DNA of 64,000 nt. It comes from Candidatus Parcubacteria bacterium. Its GTDB lineage: Bacteria > Patescibacteriota > Minisyncoccia > Phycocordibacterales > Phycocordibacteraceae. Made by a program: the position numbers and the translations under genes. This document shows positions 1 through 9,645 of the stretch, one piece after another (position 1 is the stretch's first letter; each line of letters opens with the position of its first letter). The stretch covers positions 5,270 through 69,269 of the forward strand of contig JAXDML010000007.1 in the NCBI GenBank assembly GCA_034666125.1, given 5' to 3'. Below the pieces are notes generated by a model that was given only the letters and a program-made list of their open reading frames with translations, did not search any database and was not told the DNA's origin.

Positions 1-645
1 CTCGTCGCGCGCGGTGTAGATGGCGAGGCGCACGGTCGCGAGGGCGATGATGACCGAGGCGATCGAGAAAAGCACGACGATGGCGAGTCCGGCCCTCTGG
101 GTGGCGTTGATGGCGCTCGTCAGGCGGTCGATGACGGTCTTGTTCTGGTAATAGTTGACGTGGTCGATGATGGAGGCGCCGGAAGACGATACGTTCGCGT
201 CGTTACTGAGGAAATTCACGATGCCTTCGTACTGCGTGGGGTCCGTAGCCTTCACCGCGAGCGAGGCGCCGAGCGGGTTGTCGCCGAGCTGGTCGAGGGC
301 CTCGAGGGTGAGCTCGTCGTCGGCATGCCGCGTGCGGAACTGTGTGATGGCCTCCTCGCGCGAGGTATAGGTGACCTGCGCGACCTGGTCGAGCCGTTCG
401 AGGCGGGATTTGGCACCGAGGATATCGTCTTCCGACGCGTCGGTCGTGAAGTACACGTTCACGTCCACCTTGTCCTCGATGGCGGCGAGCGTATTGGAAA
501 GGATGGCCGAGAGGAAGATAAGCGAGCCGATGATGACGAGCGTCACCGTCATGATGAGCACGGTCGCGAAGGACACGAGGCCGCTGCGCGAGAAGTTGCG
601 CGCGCCGCCGATCAGTATGCGTTTGAAGTTCATCTTGCTGCTCAT
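1..645 (-). CDS. ftsX: cell-division permease-like protein FtsX (N-terminal part; C-terminus lies beyond window start)
   Basis: Absent from the ORF track because it runs off the edge. My reverse-complement translation from ATG at 643-645 gives [40 protein letters not shown]..., a TM1 followed by a periplasmic domain as in FtsX. The ATG overlaps the ftsE stop (ATGA). Confidence 0.7.
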   Translation of the reverse strand, partial: MSSKMNFKRILIGGARNFSRSGLVSFATVLIMTVTLVIIGSLIFLSAILSNTLAAIEDKVDVNVYFTTDASEDDILGAKSRLERLDQVAQVTYTSREEAITQFRTRHADDELTLEALDQLGDNPLGASLAVKATDPTQYEGIVNFLSNDANVSSSGASIIDHVNYYQNKTVIDRLTSAINATQRAGLAIVVLFSIASVIIALATVRLAIYTARDE

Positions 646-1322
646 AGTACGTAGTGGCCGTGGGCATCGTCGCGCGCGACGCGGCCGCGCTCCATCGTGA
701 TCACGCGCTTCCCCATCGCGTCGACAACACCCTTGTTGTGCGTCGTGATGAGGACGGTCGTACCGAGCTCGTTGATCTTCTTCAGGATCTCGATGATCTC
801 GTACGTGTTCACGGGGTCGAGGTTGCCGGTCGGCTCGTCGGCGACGATGATCTCGGGCTGGTTGATAATCGCGCGGCCGATCGAGACGCGCTGCTGCTCA
901 CCTCCCGACAGCTGGCGCGGATAGTGCCCGCCCTTATCACCCAGACCGACGAGATCGAGGATATAGGGCACGTCGAGCGCGATGTCCTCATCGTCGCGAC
1001 CTGCGGCCTCCATGGCGAAGGCGATGTTCTCGTACGCGGTCTTGTTCGGTATGAGGCGGAAATCCTGGAAGACCATGCCGATCTTCCGGCGGTAGTGGTG
1101 GAGCGAACTCTTCGGAAGCGCGTGCACGTCGGTCGACTCGAAGAACACCTGGCCGTCGCTCGGCTTGTCCTCGGCGAGGAGCATCTTGAGGAGGGTCGTC
1201 TTGCCCGCGCCCGAGTGCCCGACGATGGATACGAATTCCTTGGGGCTGATGGAGAGGGTGACGTCTTCGAGGGCCGGGGTGCCGTCGCGGTACCGCTTGG
1301 TGACCTTGTCGAAATAGATCAT
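642..1322 (-). CDS. ftsE: cell-division ABC ATPase FtsE
   Basis: 226-aa ORF with Walker [10 protein letters not shown], the LSGGEQQRV signature and Walker [13 protein letters not shown]. Length and position upstream of ftsX are typical of FtsE. Confidence 0.9.
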   Translation of the reverse strand: MIYFDKVTKRYRDGTPALEDVTLSISPKEFVSIVGHSGAGKTTLLKMLLAEDKPSDGQVFFESTDVHALPKSSLHHYRRKIGMVFQDFRLIPNKTAYENIAFAMEAAGRDDEDIALDVPYILDLVGLGDKGGHYPRQLSGGEQQRVSIGRAIINQPEIIVADEPTGNLDPVNTYEIIEILKKINELGTTVLITTHNKGVVDAMGKRVITMERGRVARDDAHGHYVL

Positions 1323-1412
1323 GACCGGGCCATTATACCCCGACGCTTCGGTTTCCGTCTAATGAAAACGAGCCCATAAACGCATCGCATACGGATGAGG
1401 TGGGGATAAGGG

Positions 1413-2282
1413 TTAGGCTGACTGTGCGGCTTCGATGAAACCGTCGAGATCGCCTTCGAGGACAGCCTCGGTATCGTGCGATTCGTGGCCGGTTTCGTGG
1501 TCCTTCACCAATTTATACGGATGGAGCACGTACGAGCGCATCTGGCTCCCCCACTCGTTCGCCGTCGAGCCAGCTATGGAACGCCCCTTTGCCTCGGCAT
1601 CGCGCTTGGCCTCCTCCTTAGCGAACAGTTTCGCCTTTATAAGGTCCATAGCCCGGTCGCGGTTCGCCAGCTGGCTCCGTTCGCTCGACACGTGGACCGA
1701 GACGCCCGAGGGCGTGTGCGTGATGCGTACCGCCGTCTCGCGTTTGTTGACGTTCTGGCCGCCCGCTCCTCCGGAGCGCGCGAACGTTATCTCGAGGTCG
1801 TCCGGCTTAAGCTCGACCTCGTCGTTCGATGTAAGCTTCGGCAGGACCTCCACGAGCGCGAAGGACGTCTGGCGCTTATCGTTGGCATTGAAGGGCGAGA
1901 TGCGCACAAGACGGTGCACACCGGCCTCGTGCTTGAGCCTCCCGTACGCGCCCTTCCCCTGGATATCGAGCAACACGTTCCGGTATCCGCCATGATCGTT
2001 CTCGTTCGCGTGAAGCTCGCTGACGTTCCATCCCTTGGCATCCGCATATCCCTCGTACATGCGGCGAAGCATGCGTGCGAAGTCCTCCGCGTCGTCGCCT
2101 CCTGCTCCTGCAAGTATCGCGAGGGTCGCCGGTCCGGCATCATGTCCGTCTCCACTATCGCCCTCCTTGAAGCTCTGGTACTCGCGCACCACGCGCTGCG
2201 CCTCGTCCTTGTCGGCCCAGAAGTCGGGCGACGCCATGAGCGCCTCAATCTCCTGCAAGCGCCTCTGCGCATCCTCGTTCAT
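1413..2282 (-). CDS. prfB: peptide chain release factor 2 (short form, 289 aa; start at MNEDAQ...)
   Basis: Contains the SPF motif ([13 protein letters not shown]) and the GGQ motif ([20 protein letters not shown]). The ORF track extends to 2483, but that N-terminal extension is non-homologous. ATG at 2280-2282 is preceded by GGGAGGT about 13 nt upstream. Confidence 0.8.
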   Translation of the reverse strand: MNEDAQRRLQEIEALMASPDFWADKDEAQRVVREYQSFKEGDSGDGHDAGPATLAILAGAGGDDAEDFARMLRRMYEGYADAKGWNVSELHANENDHGGYRNVLLDIQGKGAYGRLKHEAGVHRLVRISPFNANDKRQTSFALVEVLPKLTSNDEVELKPDDLEITFARSGGAGGQNVNKRETAVRITHTPSGVSVHVSSERSQLANRDRAMDLIKAKLFAKEEAKRDAEAKGRSIAGSTANEWGSQMRSYVLHPYKLVKDHETGHESHDTEAVLEGDLDGFIEAAQSA

Positions 2283-2376
2283 AAAAAGGAGTGTACCTCC
2301 CTTCGGCGGATACTTGTAGTCCGAGGCCGGAAAGGTATAGTGCGTGGGAACCGTACATTCAAGCAGGGAGACGACG

Positions 2377-3102
2377 ATGGATAGCAAGGCGAAAACGGCC
2401 GCCAGGGAGCGCTTCGCGCGGTCAGGGTTCGCCCGGGACCGCGCAGTCACGTTCGACGATATGGCCGATCTGTACCGGAGCAAGAGCTTCGTCGAGCTCG
2501 GTGAGATGTTCGGCGTGACGAAACAGGCGATGCAGCGGCGCTTTAAGACCTACTTCGAGCCGGTACTCGGCCCCGCGAGCGGTCTAATCAAGGAGCGCCA
2601 CAAGCACGATAGCCGGCTCAAGCGCGAGGCCGCACTCAAGGAGAAGCTCGACGCCAGGCTCGCCGACCCGGTCTTCCTCTTCCTGAAGGAGGAGGCCAGA
2701 AAGCGCGGCAAGAAGATCAGGCCGCTGGTCGATTGCAAAGACGCGGGCATCCTTCCCGGGAGGCATCCTGTCTTCTATGTGGAAGGGCGCTACATGCGCC
2801 TACATCGGATTCGGCGCATCCACTGCCCCGCTGTGGGGCAGCAGCGGTATGCCTCGTTCCGGGTGCATCTCAGCATGCTCGATCGGGTGCATGTATACGG
2901 CATGCTCATAGACGTGCCCGGCTTCCCGCGCCGACTCATTCTCGCGCGGACGGCGGTCATCAAGGGAATGATCAAGCGGGGCAACGGGAAGCATTGGAAC
3001 TTCTACATCCCGCTGCGCGACGACCGCCCTTCCGTGCCCGCGCCTTCCCAGCGCACGGACATCCGCAAGTTCGTGGACGCCTGGTGGACCTTCGACGTCT
3101 GA
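2377..3102 (+). CDS. hypothetical protein with an N-terminal HTH-like segment ([17 protein letters not shown])
   Basis: ORF 2344..3102, started at MDSKAKT to avoid overlapping prfB. Divergent from prfB and followed by a strong terminator. No family recognised. Confidence 0.5.
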   Translation: MDSKAKTAARERFARSGFARDRAVTFDDMADLYRSKSFVELGEMFGVTKQAMQRRFKTYFEPVLGPASGLIKERHKHDSRLKREAALKEKLDARLADPVFLFLKEEARKRGKKIRPLVDCKDAGILPGRHPVFYVEGRYMRLHRIRRIHCPAVGQQRYASFRVHLSMLDRVHVYGMLIDVPGFPRRLILARTAVIKGMIKRGNGKHWNFYIPLRDDRPSVPAPSQRTDIRKFVDAWWTFDV

Positions 3103-3131
3103 CCTTTCACCACCATTCACTGAAATGGGAT

Positions 3132-3165
3132 AGCCCGCGACGACGTCGCGGGCTAATCCTTTTTG
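3132..3165 (+). terminator. rho-independent terminator
   Basis: Perfect 10-bp GC-rich stem agcccgcgac/gtcgcgggct (3132-3154) with a 3-nt loop, followed by aatccttttt. Confidence 0.75.
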
Positions 3166-3241
3166 TGGAGCCACCGGCCGGGATTGAACCGGCGACCTTT
3201 TCGTTACGAGTGAAATGCTCTACCAACTGAGCTACGGTGGC
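3166..3241 (-). tRNA. tRNA-Thr (anticodon CGU), CCA encoded
   Basis: Reverse complement gccaccgtagctcagttggtagagcatttcactcgtaacgaaaaggtcgccggttcaatcccggccggtggctcca folds as a cloverleaf. Anticodon loop is CT-CGT-AA. There is an A31·C39 mismatch in the anticodon stem. Confidence 0.7.
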
Positions 3242-3258
3242 AACGCTTCAAAAGAAGC

Positions 3259-3334
3259 TGGAGCCGATGTCCGGGATTGAACCGGAGACCTCGTCCTTAC
3301 CATGGACGCGCTCTACCAACTGAGCTACATCGGC
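3259..3334 (-). tRNA. tRNA-Thr (anticodon GGU), CCA encoded
   Basis: Reverse complement gccgatgtagctcagttggtagagcgcgtccatggtaaggacgaggtctccggttcaatcccggacatcggctcca. The anticodon stem is perfect and the loop is AT-GGT-AA. Confidence 0.85.
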
Positions 3335-3388
3335 ATTCTTACTCGAGCACTCCGCTATCCTACCCAATTCTGCGTATTCTTTCAATTC

Positions 3389-3925
3389 TTAAGAGAAATG
3401 GAGTACAAGAAGAGCGAGTGCGATCACGAAGATTCCGTACTCGATAAATGCGAGCGGGTTCGGACGGAAGTAGTAACGTTTCACCCAACCCGTATCTTGT
3501 TGCTTCTGCATAAGGGATGGCTCGTTCTCGGGCATCCACGTCGCGAGCATTCCCTTCTGGCCCGGCGCTCCCTTCCAAGGGAAGATGAGGAACTTGCGAC
3601 CGGTTACAGGCCAAAGCCAGGCGATCCCCCACCCGAGGCCGAAGGTATCGTGTATGAGGTGCGCATATACGCCGAGCGTGAAGATCGTAGCATAGAGCGG
3701 ATCGAAGAATATATAGGCAAGGATGGCAAGAGGGAGATAGAGGATCGGGTAGTGTGTATGGGTCCGGTGGTACCATTTTCCAAGAAGCGGGAATGTGATG
3801 ACGTCGATATCCGGAAGCAGTGCGCACACGATGCCGAATGCTATGAGGAACGGCGTTACTTCGGCGCCAAAGTATTCCGCGACTCCGAGTGAGAGCAATA
3901 TTCCGACGCCGATATCAAGAGGCAT
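3389..3925 (-). CDS. membrane-bound metal-dependent hydrolase-like protein (YdjM/DUF457-like)
   Basis: 178-aa polytopic membrane protein with His/Asp-containing motifs (HLIHDTFG, HRTHTHYP). Family assignment is by general resemblance only. Confidence 0.5.
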   Translation of the reverse strand: MPLDIGVGILLSLGVAEYFGAEVTPFLIAFGIVCALLPDIDVITFPLLGKWYHRTHTHYPILYLPLAILAYIFFDPLYATIFTLGVYAHLIHDTFGLGWGIAWLWPVTGRKFLIFPWKGAPGQKGMLATWMPENEPSLMQKQQDTGWVKRYYFRPNPLAFIEYGIFVIALALLVLHFS

Positions 3926-3927
3926 AG

Positions 3928-5163
3928 TTATTCGTACCGCAACGCCTCGATCGGGCTCTTCTTCGCCGCCTGCATCGCCGGGTAGATGCCGAAGACCAGG
4001 CCGACAGCTGCCGACACGAGGAAGCCGATGACCGCAGCGCTTACGGGGAAGACGAACCGCCAGTTCTCGGCGACCGTATACGCGAGGCCGAGCGAGATGA
4101 GGTACGAGAGGATGGTGCCGATGATGATGCCGATGACGCCGCCTGCGGCCGTCAGGGTCACGGCCTCGAGCAGGAACTGGCGGAGAATATCCCCGCGCGT
4201 GGCACCGAGCGCTTTCCGGAGCCCGATCTCCTTCGTGCGCTCCGTCACCGACACGAGCATGATGTTCATGATGCCGATGCCTCCCACCACGAGCGAGATG
4301 GCGACCACGGCGGTCAGGAAGGCGGTGAGGATCCCGACTATGAGCGTCACTTGTTCGACGAGGCCCGCCTGGGTCTGCACGTTGAAATCGTCCTCCTCGC
4401 CGGGATCGATGTTATGCGTATCGCGGAGCGTGGCTTCCACGTCGAAGACCATGCGGTCGACCGACTCGGTCGTCTTGGCGCGCAGGAGTATGGCATCGAA
4501 GAAGTCCGTGCCGCGCAGATAGGTAGCGGCGGACGAGTATGGGACGAGCACTGTCTCATCCACATTGAAGAAGCCGAGGCTGCCCTTCTTCGGGAAGACG
4601 CCGATAACCCGGAACTTCTGGTCGTCTATGGAAATGCTCTTGCCGAGCGCGTCGCCTCCTTCACCGAAGAGTTCGTCCTCGACCATGACGCCGATCATGG
4701 CGACGCGCGCACGCGCATCGACCTCCTCTTCCGTAAAGGCGTTGCCGCGCTCGGGATAGAGGTCGTACGCGCTGATGAAATAGTCGGCGGTCCCGCCCAT
4801 GATGGTCGCGCCGTACCGTTCGTCCTCGTACACGACCTCGCCCGTGACGTACACCTGGGGCGCCGCCTCCGCGAGGTCCGGCACGTTCGACACGCGCGTG
4901 ATCGCCTCGAGATCCCGCTCGGTGAGCGAGTCCGGAAGCATGCCCTGGAAGTTGTCCTCCTCGGTACCCGGCTGGATGATGGCCGTCTCGGCGCCGAGCG
5001 CGGAGACCATGTCGAGGATGAGGGCGCGCGCGCCCTGGCCGAGCGACATGACCAGGATGATCGACGCCACGCCGATCATGATGCCGAGCGTCGTGAGCAG
5101 CGACCGCGACTTATGGTCGGTGAGTCCTTGCAGGGCTGTACGCGTGGTGTGTTTCAGATTCAT
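3928..5163 (-). CDS. ABC transporter permease, MacB/FtsX-domain type
   Basis: ORF 3928..5259; start moved to MNLKHTTRTALQGL (ATG 5161-5163), just after the ATPase stop (TGAtATG). It has an N-terminal TM, a large periplasmic domain and a C-terminal 3-TM FtsX domain. Confidence 0.85.
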   Translation of the reverse strand: MNLKHTTRTALQGLTDHKSRSLLTTLGIMIGVASIILVMSLGQGARALILDMVSALGAETAIIQPGTEEDNFQGMLPDSLTERDLEAITRVSNVPDLAEAAPQVYVTGEVVYEDERYGATIMGGTADYFISAYDLYPERGNAFTEEEVDARARVAMIGVMVEDELFGEGGDALGKSISIDDQKFRVIGVFPKKGSLGFFNVDETVLVPYSSAATYLRGTDFFDAILLRAKTTESVDRMVFDVEATLRDTHNIDPGEEDDFNVQTQAGLVEQVTLIVGILTAFLTAVVAISLVVGGIGIMNIMLVSVTERTKEIGLRKALGATRGDILRQFLLEAVTLTAAGGVIGIIIGTILSYLISLGLAYTVAENWRFVFPVSAAVIGFLVSAAVGLVFGIYPAMQAAKKSPIEALRYE

Positions 5164-5164
5164 A

Positions 5165-5884
5165 TCACTTTTTGAAAGCATCCGTCGCAAGCCGGCGGTT
5201 CGCGACCTTCGTGTCGCTCTCCAGCTTGCCGTCCCGTATGAAAAGGATGCGTTCCGCATGCTCGGCGGTCGCGGTCTCGTGCGTGATGAGCACGATCGTG
5301 TGCCCGAACTCGTCGTGAAGGCGCTGCAGGGTCTCCATGACCGCCTGCCCGGACTTCGAGTCGAGATTCCCGGTCGGCTCGTCGGCGAAGATCACATCCG
5401 GCTCGACCACGAGCGCGCGGGCGATAGCGACGCGCTGCTTCTCGCCTCCCGAGAGCTTGTACGTCTCGAAGTTCGTCCGGTGCGAGAGTCCCACGAGCTC
5501 GATGACGCGCTCTATGCGCGGCCGCCAGTCGGATTCCGGAACGATCGAGTACATCAAAGGGAGCGCGACGTTCTCGTATACGCTCGCCTTCGGCAGCAGG
5601 TTGAAGGCCTGGAAGACGAAGCCCATCTCTTGGTTCCTCACCCGCGCGATCTCGTCCTCATCGTGATCCTGGTACCGTCTATCGTTGAAGCGGTACTCCC
5701 CTCCGGTCGATTCGTCGAGGAAGCCGAGGATATGGAGGAGCGTGGACTTTCCGGAGCCGGACGGCCCCATAATGGAGACGAACTCCCCGCGCTCGATCGT
5801 GAACGAGAGTCCGTGCAGCACCTGCGTGCCCCCGTCAGCGCCCGGATACGTCTTCTCAAGGTCGCGGACGTCGAAGAGCGCCAT
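5165..5884 (-). CDS. ABC transporter ATP-binding protein (MacB/LolD-like)
   Basis: Walker [10 protein letters not shown], signature [15 protein letters not shown], Walker [13 protein letters not shown]. Confidence 0.9.
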   Translation of the reverse strand: MALFDVRDLEKTYPGADGGTQVLHGLSFTIERGEFVSIMGPSGSGKSTLLHILGFLDESTGGEYRFNDRRYQDHDEDEIARVRNQEMGFVFQAFNLLPKASVYENVALPLMYSIVPESDWRPRIERVIELVGLSHRTNFETYKLSGGEKQRVAIARALVVEPDVIFADEPTGNLDSKSGQAVMETLQRLHDEFGHTIVLITHETATAEHAERILFIRDGKLESDTKVANRRLATDAFKK

Positions 5885-5886
5885 AT

Positions 5887-7395
5887 CTATTCTTCCTCGG
5901 TAAGGCCCGCGAGGGCCTCCTCGTTCGCGAAGGTGATGATGCGGTCGCCCTCGGCCAATCCCTCGCGCACCTCGATCATGCCGCTCCCCGAAAGGCCGGT
6001 GGCGACCGGAACCTTCCGGTATGCGGTTTCGGAAATCATGACGCGTACGTAGCGGACCCCGTTCTCTTCGATGACCGAACGGGTCGGTATCGCGATGACG
6101 CCGGTCGCCTCGGCCGCGCGGATATCCGCATCGACCGAAAGTCCCGCGCGTATGCGCTCGTCAGGAGCCGTGAACTGGAGCGTCACCTCGAAGGACGCCG
6201 CTCCGGATTCGTTCGTCGCCGAGGGAGGGATGAAGGACACGCGGGCTTCCATGTGCGCGCCGTCGTACGCGTCGAAAGTGACATCGGTCATATCGCCCAC
6301 GTTCACGTCCCCGATATCGTCCTCGAGTACCGATAGCTTGATCTCGAAGGCTTCCGCCGAGATGAGCGAAGCGGCCGGGGTGCCGATGCTTGCGATGTCG
6401 CCGCGTACCGCGTCCACTTTCGTGATGGTCCCAGTGAAAGGCGCCACGAGCCGCGTGTCGGCGAAGGCGGACTCGGCCGAAAGCACCGCCGCACGCGCTT
6501 CCTCGACCTGCGCGTTCAGGAGCGGCGAGCGTTCCGTCTCCTCAAGCGCGAGCCGGCGGTTCTCTACCGCGGCGTCATAGGCGTTCTTGCGCGACTGGTA
6601 CGTGCCCGAACGCACGTTCGGAACGGGTATTTCCCATACGACCGACCTGCTCTTCGCGAAGTCCGTGGGGAATTGCACGTAGAGGCCGCACGTGCCGAGC
6701 GGTACGGGTCCCACCGTCGATACGGTCTGCGGACCGGTCGTCTCAAGGCCGCTTAGGCGGAAGGAACCTCCCGATCGTGCTTTTGAAGGATAGAGTTCGA
6801 TGCGATACGTGCCTTCGCGGGAACAACGGTACGTGCCGGAGACGATGGGCGCCGAGAAATCACTGGAAGTTCCCTCCGCACCTCCTTCAATAAGGTATGC
6901 CGCAAGGTCGCCGGACCTGAGTTCGCGTTCCGCATTCTCGACCAGCTGGTCCTGCTGCGCCTCGGTCTGCGCGCGCGTCCGGGTTCCGCTTCCCGCGGTC
7001 GCTTCCGCCTGCTTGAGACGCGCGCGCGCCGAGAGGAGGTCGGCATACTGACGCGTACTTTCAAGGGTGGCGATCAATTGTCCTGCGCGGATCTCCTGCC
7101 CTTCGGTGACGTATACCCGACTGATGCGGCCGGTGCCGGTGAAGGAGAGGTCCACCTCTTCGGCCGGCGTGATGGTGCCGGTCTCGCTCACGAGCTTCAC
7201 GATGTCCTGGCGCGCGACGACGGCCGTCTCGAATGCGGGCTCCGCAGGCTTCGCGAAGGCGGCATAGCCGATGACGACGAGGAGCACGAGCCCGAGCGGT
7301 ATATACACGAGCTTTCGCTTCAGGAACGGAAAGCGGCCGGTGATGCGGGAGACGAGGCCTTTGAGCCATGCCCACGCTTTGGAGAGATAGGTCAT
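5887..7395 (-). CDS. periplasmic adaptor (membrane-fusion protein, HlyD/MacA-like)
   Basis: 502 aa with an N-terminal TM and coiled-coil/beta-barrel character. It lies immediately upstream of the ABC ATPase/permease pair with 2-nt gaps. Confidence 0.75.
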   Translation of the reverse strand: MTYLSKAWAWLKGLVSRITGRFPFLKRKLVYIPLGLVLLVVIGYAAFAKPAEPAFETAVVARQDIVKLVSETGTITPAEEVDLSFTGTGRISRVYVTEGQEIRAGQLIATLESTRQYADLLSARARLKQAEATAGSGTRTRAQTEAQQDQLVENAERELRSGDLAAYLIEGGAEGTSSDFSAPIVSGTYRCSREGTYRIELYPSKARSGGSFRLSGLETTGPQTVSTVGPVPLGTCGLYVQFPTDFAKSRSVVWEIPVPNVRSGTYQSRKNAYDAAVENRRLALEETERSPLLNAQVEEARAAVLSAESAFADTRLVAPFTGTITKVDAVRGDIASIGTPAASLISAEAFEIKLSVLEDDIGDVNVGDMTDVTFDAYDGAHMEARVSFIPPSATNESGAASFEVTLQFTAPDERIRAGLSVDADIRAAEATGVIAIPTRSVIEENGVRYVRVMISETAYRKVPVATGLSGSGMIEVREGLAEGDRIITFANEEALAGLTEEE

Positions 7396-7438
7396 GAGTG
7401 AGTACAGAATATAATAGTGCTAGTAAAGAGTCTACGAG

Positions 7439-8941
7439 CTACGCAGCGAGATCGAGCGTCTGGTCGATGCGTATCTGTTGTACGAAGTCCGGCACGTGGC
7501 TGACGAGTATCATCGCGCCCTTGTACTGGTCGAGCGCCTTCGCGATGACCGGCAGGTGCCTGAAGTTTATGTGGTTGGTCGGCTCGTCGAGAATGAGGAG
7601 TCCGGGCTTCTCAAGCACGAGGCGAGCGAATGCTACGAGTCCCTTCTGCCCCTCCGAGAGGCTCCCGACCTTCACGTTCATCAGGTCGCCGGTGATGAGG
7701 AATCCTGCCGCTATCGAGCGCATATCCTGCTCTATCGGCTCCTGCATGGCGGACATGAGGGTCTTATGCACGGTCTTCTCGAAGTCGAGGTGCGAGAAAT
7801 CCTGACGATAGTAGCCGATGCGGACGTCGGTGGTGATCTCAACCCCCTTGGCGGTGCCATTCGCGAGCGTCGCCAGGAGGCGGCTCTTCCCGATGCCGTT
7901 AGGTCCTACTAAATGCAAGTGTTCGTTGCGGTGAAGCGTCAGGTTCGCTTTCTTCGTTGTCGCCTTATGCTTCACCGTCGCCTCGAACGAGGTCAGACGC
8001 ATGACGACGAGCGACAACGCGTCCTGTACGGGTATGGTGAAGGGCCGGATGGTCTTGTCCTCCTTACGCACGTCCACCTTCTCCTCCTCGAGTTCCTCCG
8101 CCTTCTCGCGCATACGACGCGCGACGAGGCGCATCCCGCCGCCCTTGTTCGCGAAGAAGTTCGCCTTATCCTTGTTCTCCTGGATCTCCTTGGCAAGCTG
8201 GGTGTTCTTGCGGTTCTCCTTCTCGATGCGTGCGGTGATATCCTTCATCACATCGAAGTAGTTGCCCTGGTACTGCTCGATGAGGTGCGTGCGCACGTCG
8301 AGGTACAGGACGCCGTGCGTGAAGGCGTTCAAGAACTCTGCATCGTGAGAGATCACGATGCACGTCTTCTTATAGTTGATGAGGAAGTCGGTCAGGTGCT
8401 CGATACCGGCCGTGTCCAGATTATTCGTCGGCTCGTCGAGCAGCAGGATGTCCGGATCCTGAATGAGCGCGGACGCAAGGAGGAGACGTGCTTGCTGGCC
8501 GCCCGAGAATGACCGGATGATGCGATCGTGGGATGCATGAAGGTTCACCACCTCGAGTACCGTGTCTATCTTCGGGTCGATGTCGTACACCTTCTCCGGA
8601 AAGCGCGCCTCGAAGAATGCACGGACGGTAAGATCCATCTCTTCGCGCGGTATTACCTGCCTGGCGATAGCAACGGTGTCGCGCGGCATGCGCACGAGCT
8701 TTCCGCTCTCGGGCTCGTACTCTCCGGTGATGAGCCCGAAGAGCGTGCTCTTTCCTGCGCCGTTCTGGCCCATGAGCGCGAGCTTCGCGCCCCGGCGCAC
8801 GACGAAGTTCGCATTGATAAGGATGGGTGCATTGTGGGTATAGCCGAAATGCACCTCCTCGAAACGGAGGGCGGCATTGCCTGGAGTCGGCTGCTTTTTG
8901 GGTTCTTTTGTCGTTTTTGCCATGTTTGTCAGCTTTGGCAT
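7439..8941 (-). CDS. ABC-F family ATPase (two tandem ABC domains, no TMD)
   Basis: Two Walker A motifs (GQNGAGKST, GPNGIGKSR) and two signature/Walker B sets with an inter-domain linker. The start may instead be M7 (ATG 8921-8923). Confidence 0.85.
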   Translation of the reverse strand: MPKLTNMAKTTKEPKKQPTPGNAALRFEEVHFGYTHNAPILINANFVVRRGAKLALMGQNGAGKSTLFGLITGEYEPESGKLVRMPRDTVAIARQVIPREEMDLTVRAFFEARFPEKVYDIDPKIDTVLEVVNLHASHDRIIRSFSGGQQARLLLASALIQDPDILLLDEPTNNLDTAGIEHLTDFLINYKKTCIVISHDAEFLNAFTHGVLYLDVRTHLIEQYQGNYFDVMKDITARIEKENRKNTQLAKEIQENKDKANFFANKGGGMRLVARRMREKAEELEEEKVDVRKEDKTIRPFTIPVQDALSLVVMRLTSFEATVKHKATTKKANLTLHRNEHLHLVGPNGIGKSRLLATLANGTAKGVEITTDVRIGYYRQDFSHLDFEKTVHKTLMSAMQEPIEQDMRSIAAGFLITGDLMNVKVGSLSEGQKGLVAFARLVLEKPGLLILDEPTNHINFRHLPVIAKALDQYKGAMILVSHVPDFVQQIRIDQTLDLAA

Positions 8942-8948
8942 GGGACTG

Positions 8949-8973
8949 AAAAATAAAAGCCACCGGGGGTGGC
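8949..8973 (-). terminator. putative rho-independent terminator downstream of sortase operon
   Basis: On the minus strand, hairpin gccacc-ccc-ggtggc is followed by ttttattttt. Confidence 0.5.
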
Positions 8974-9075
8974 AGGGCGTACCTACGCTGCGTTATGGAA
9001 AGAGTATAGCAGAAAAGGGTGGGATCGCCTAACTAGGCGGCCTTTGGACTCGCGCGCTCGTAGACGCTAGTGAAA

Positions 9076-9645
9076 CTAAGATGCCAGGTCAGCGAATACC
9101 ACCAGCCTCTCCTCCGTGCTCCGTAGTACGGAGTCCCATGTGCCGACGCAGGTAATGAGGTTCAGGTGGGTGCCGCTAGCGGAAGTGAACACTTCGGGTG
9201 CTATGCTGCCCTTTTCGTAGACGCGCGTCTCGTGTACGACGAAGGGAAGTTCGTTTCCTTGAGGATCAACTACTAGAATAACGTCTCCCTTACGTAGCCG
9301 ATCCAAGTCGTCGAATACCGCAGGTTCTCCGTTCTTCCACCCGCGGTGTCCCGCGATGACCGCGCTTCCCTCCTGTCCGGGGTAGGGTCCGGGCGAGTAC
9401 CAGCCCACGTTTTGAGGACCGTCCGGCGTATCCATGGCGCCGGCGGGAGTTAGCGCTACCCGTTCGATCGCAGCATCCACTCCAAGGCTCGGTATCTTTA
9501 GCCTCTCTACCGAGTCGACTGCCGGCGTTCGGGGAATAAGCAGCGCCTCAAGCCTTTCTCCTTGAGGGGAAAGTAGTACCACAAGTACGACAGCCACGAG
9601 CGCAGCCGCGCCAAGGGCAGCCTGCTTATCGTATTTAAACCGCAT
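9076..9645 (-). CDS. sortase (transpeptidase)
   Basis: N-terminal TM, catalytic His context IAGHRG, the TLxTC motif LNLITCVG and a downstream Arg. Adjacent to a sorting-signal substrate. Confidence 0.8.
   Translation of the reverse strand: MRFKYDKQAALGAAALVAVVLVVLLSPQGERLEALLIPRTPAVDSVERLKIPSLGVDAAIERVALTPAGAMDTPDGPQNVGWYSPGPYPGQEGSAVIAGHRGWKNGEPAVFDDLDRLRKGDVILVVDPQGNELPFVVHETRVYEKGSIAPEVFTSASGTHLNLITCVGTWDSVLRSTEERLVVFADLAS

Noticed and set aside
160-700. ORFs 160..654(+), 203..667(-), 371..700(+) over the first 700 bp
   Set aside because: They are wrong-frame or antisense shadows of ftsX (high-GC Arg/Asp-rich translations). The real FtsX frame is visible in the reverse complement.
1435-2384. 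Plus-strand ORFs 1435..1995, 1476..2384, 2035..2319 and minus ORF 1787..2272
   Set aside because: They overlap prfB, which has unmistakable RF2 motifs. Their composition is low-complexity, typical of antisense in GC-rich DNA.
2283-2483. Possible +1 programmed frameshift leader for RF2 (ORF track extends the RF2 frame to 2483)
   Set aside because: The extension ([10 protein letters not shown]...) has no RF2 similarity and overlaps the divergent gene. No CUU-UGA-C site and no frame-0 leader ORF were found, so it is reported only as a finding about absence.
2733-3334. ORFs 2733..3230(+), 2800..3174(-), 3302..3892(+), 3360..3827(-)
   Set aside because: They overlap two tRNA genes and a terminator, or are antisense to the DUF457-like gene. 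No coding signal.
7993-8963. Multiple ORFs inside the ABC-F gene (e.g. 8421..8963, 7913..8512)
   Set aside because: Alternative-frame artefacts with Arg-rich low-complexity translations; ABC motifs are only in the 7439..8941 frame.
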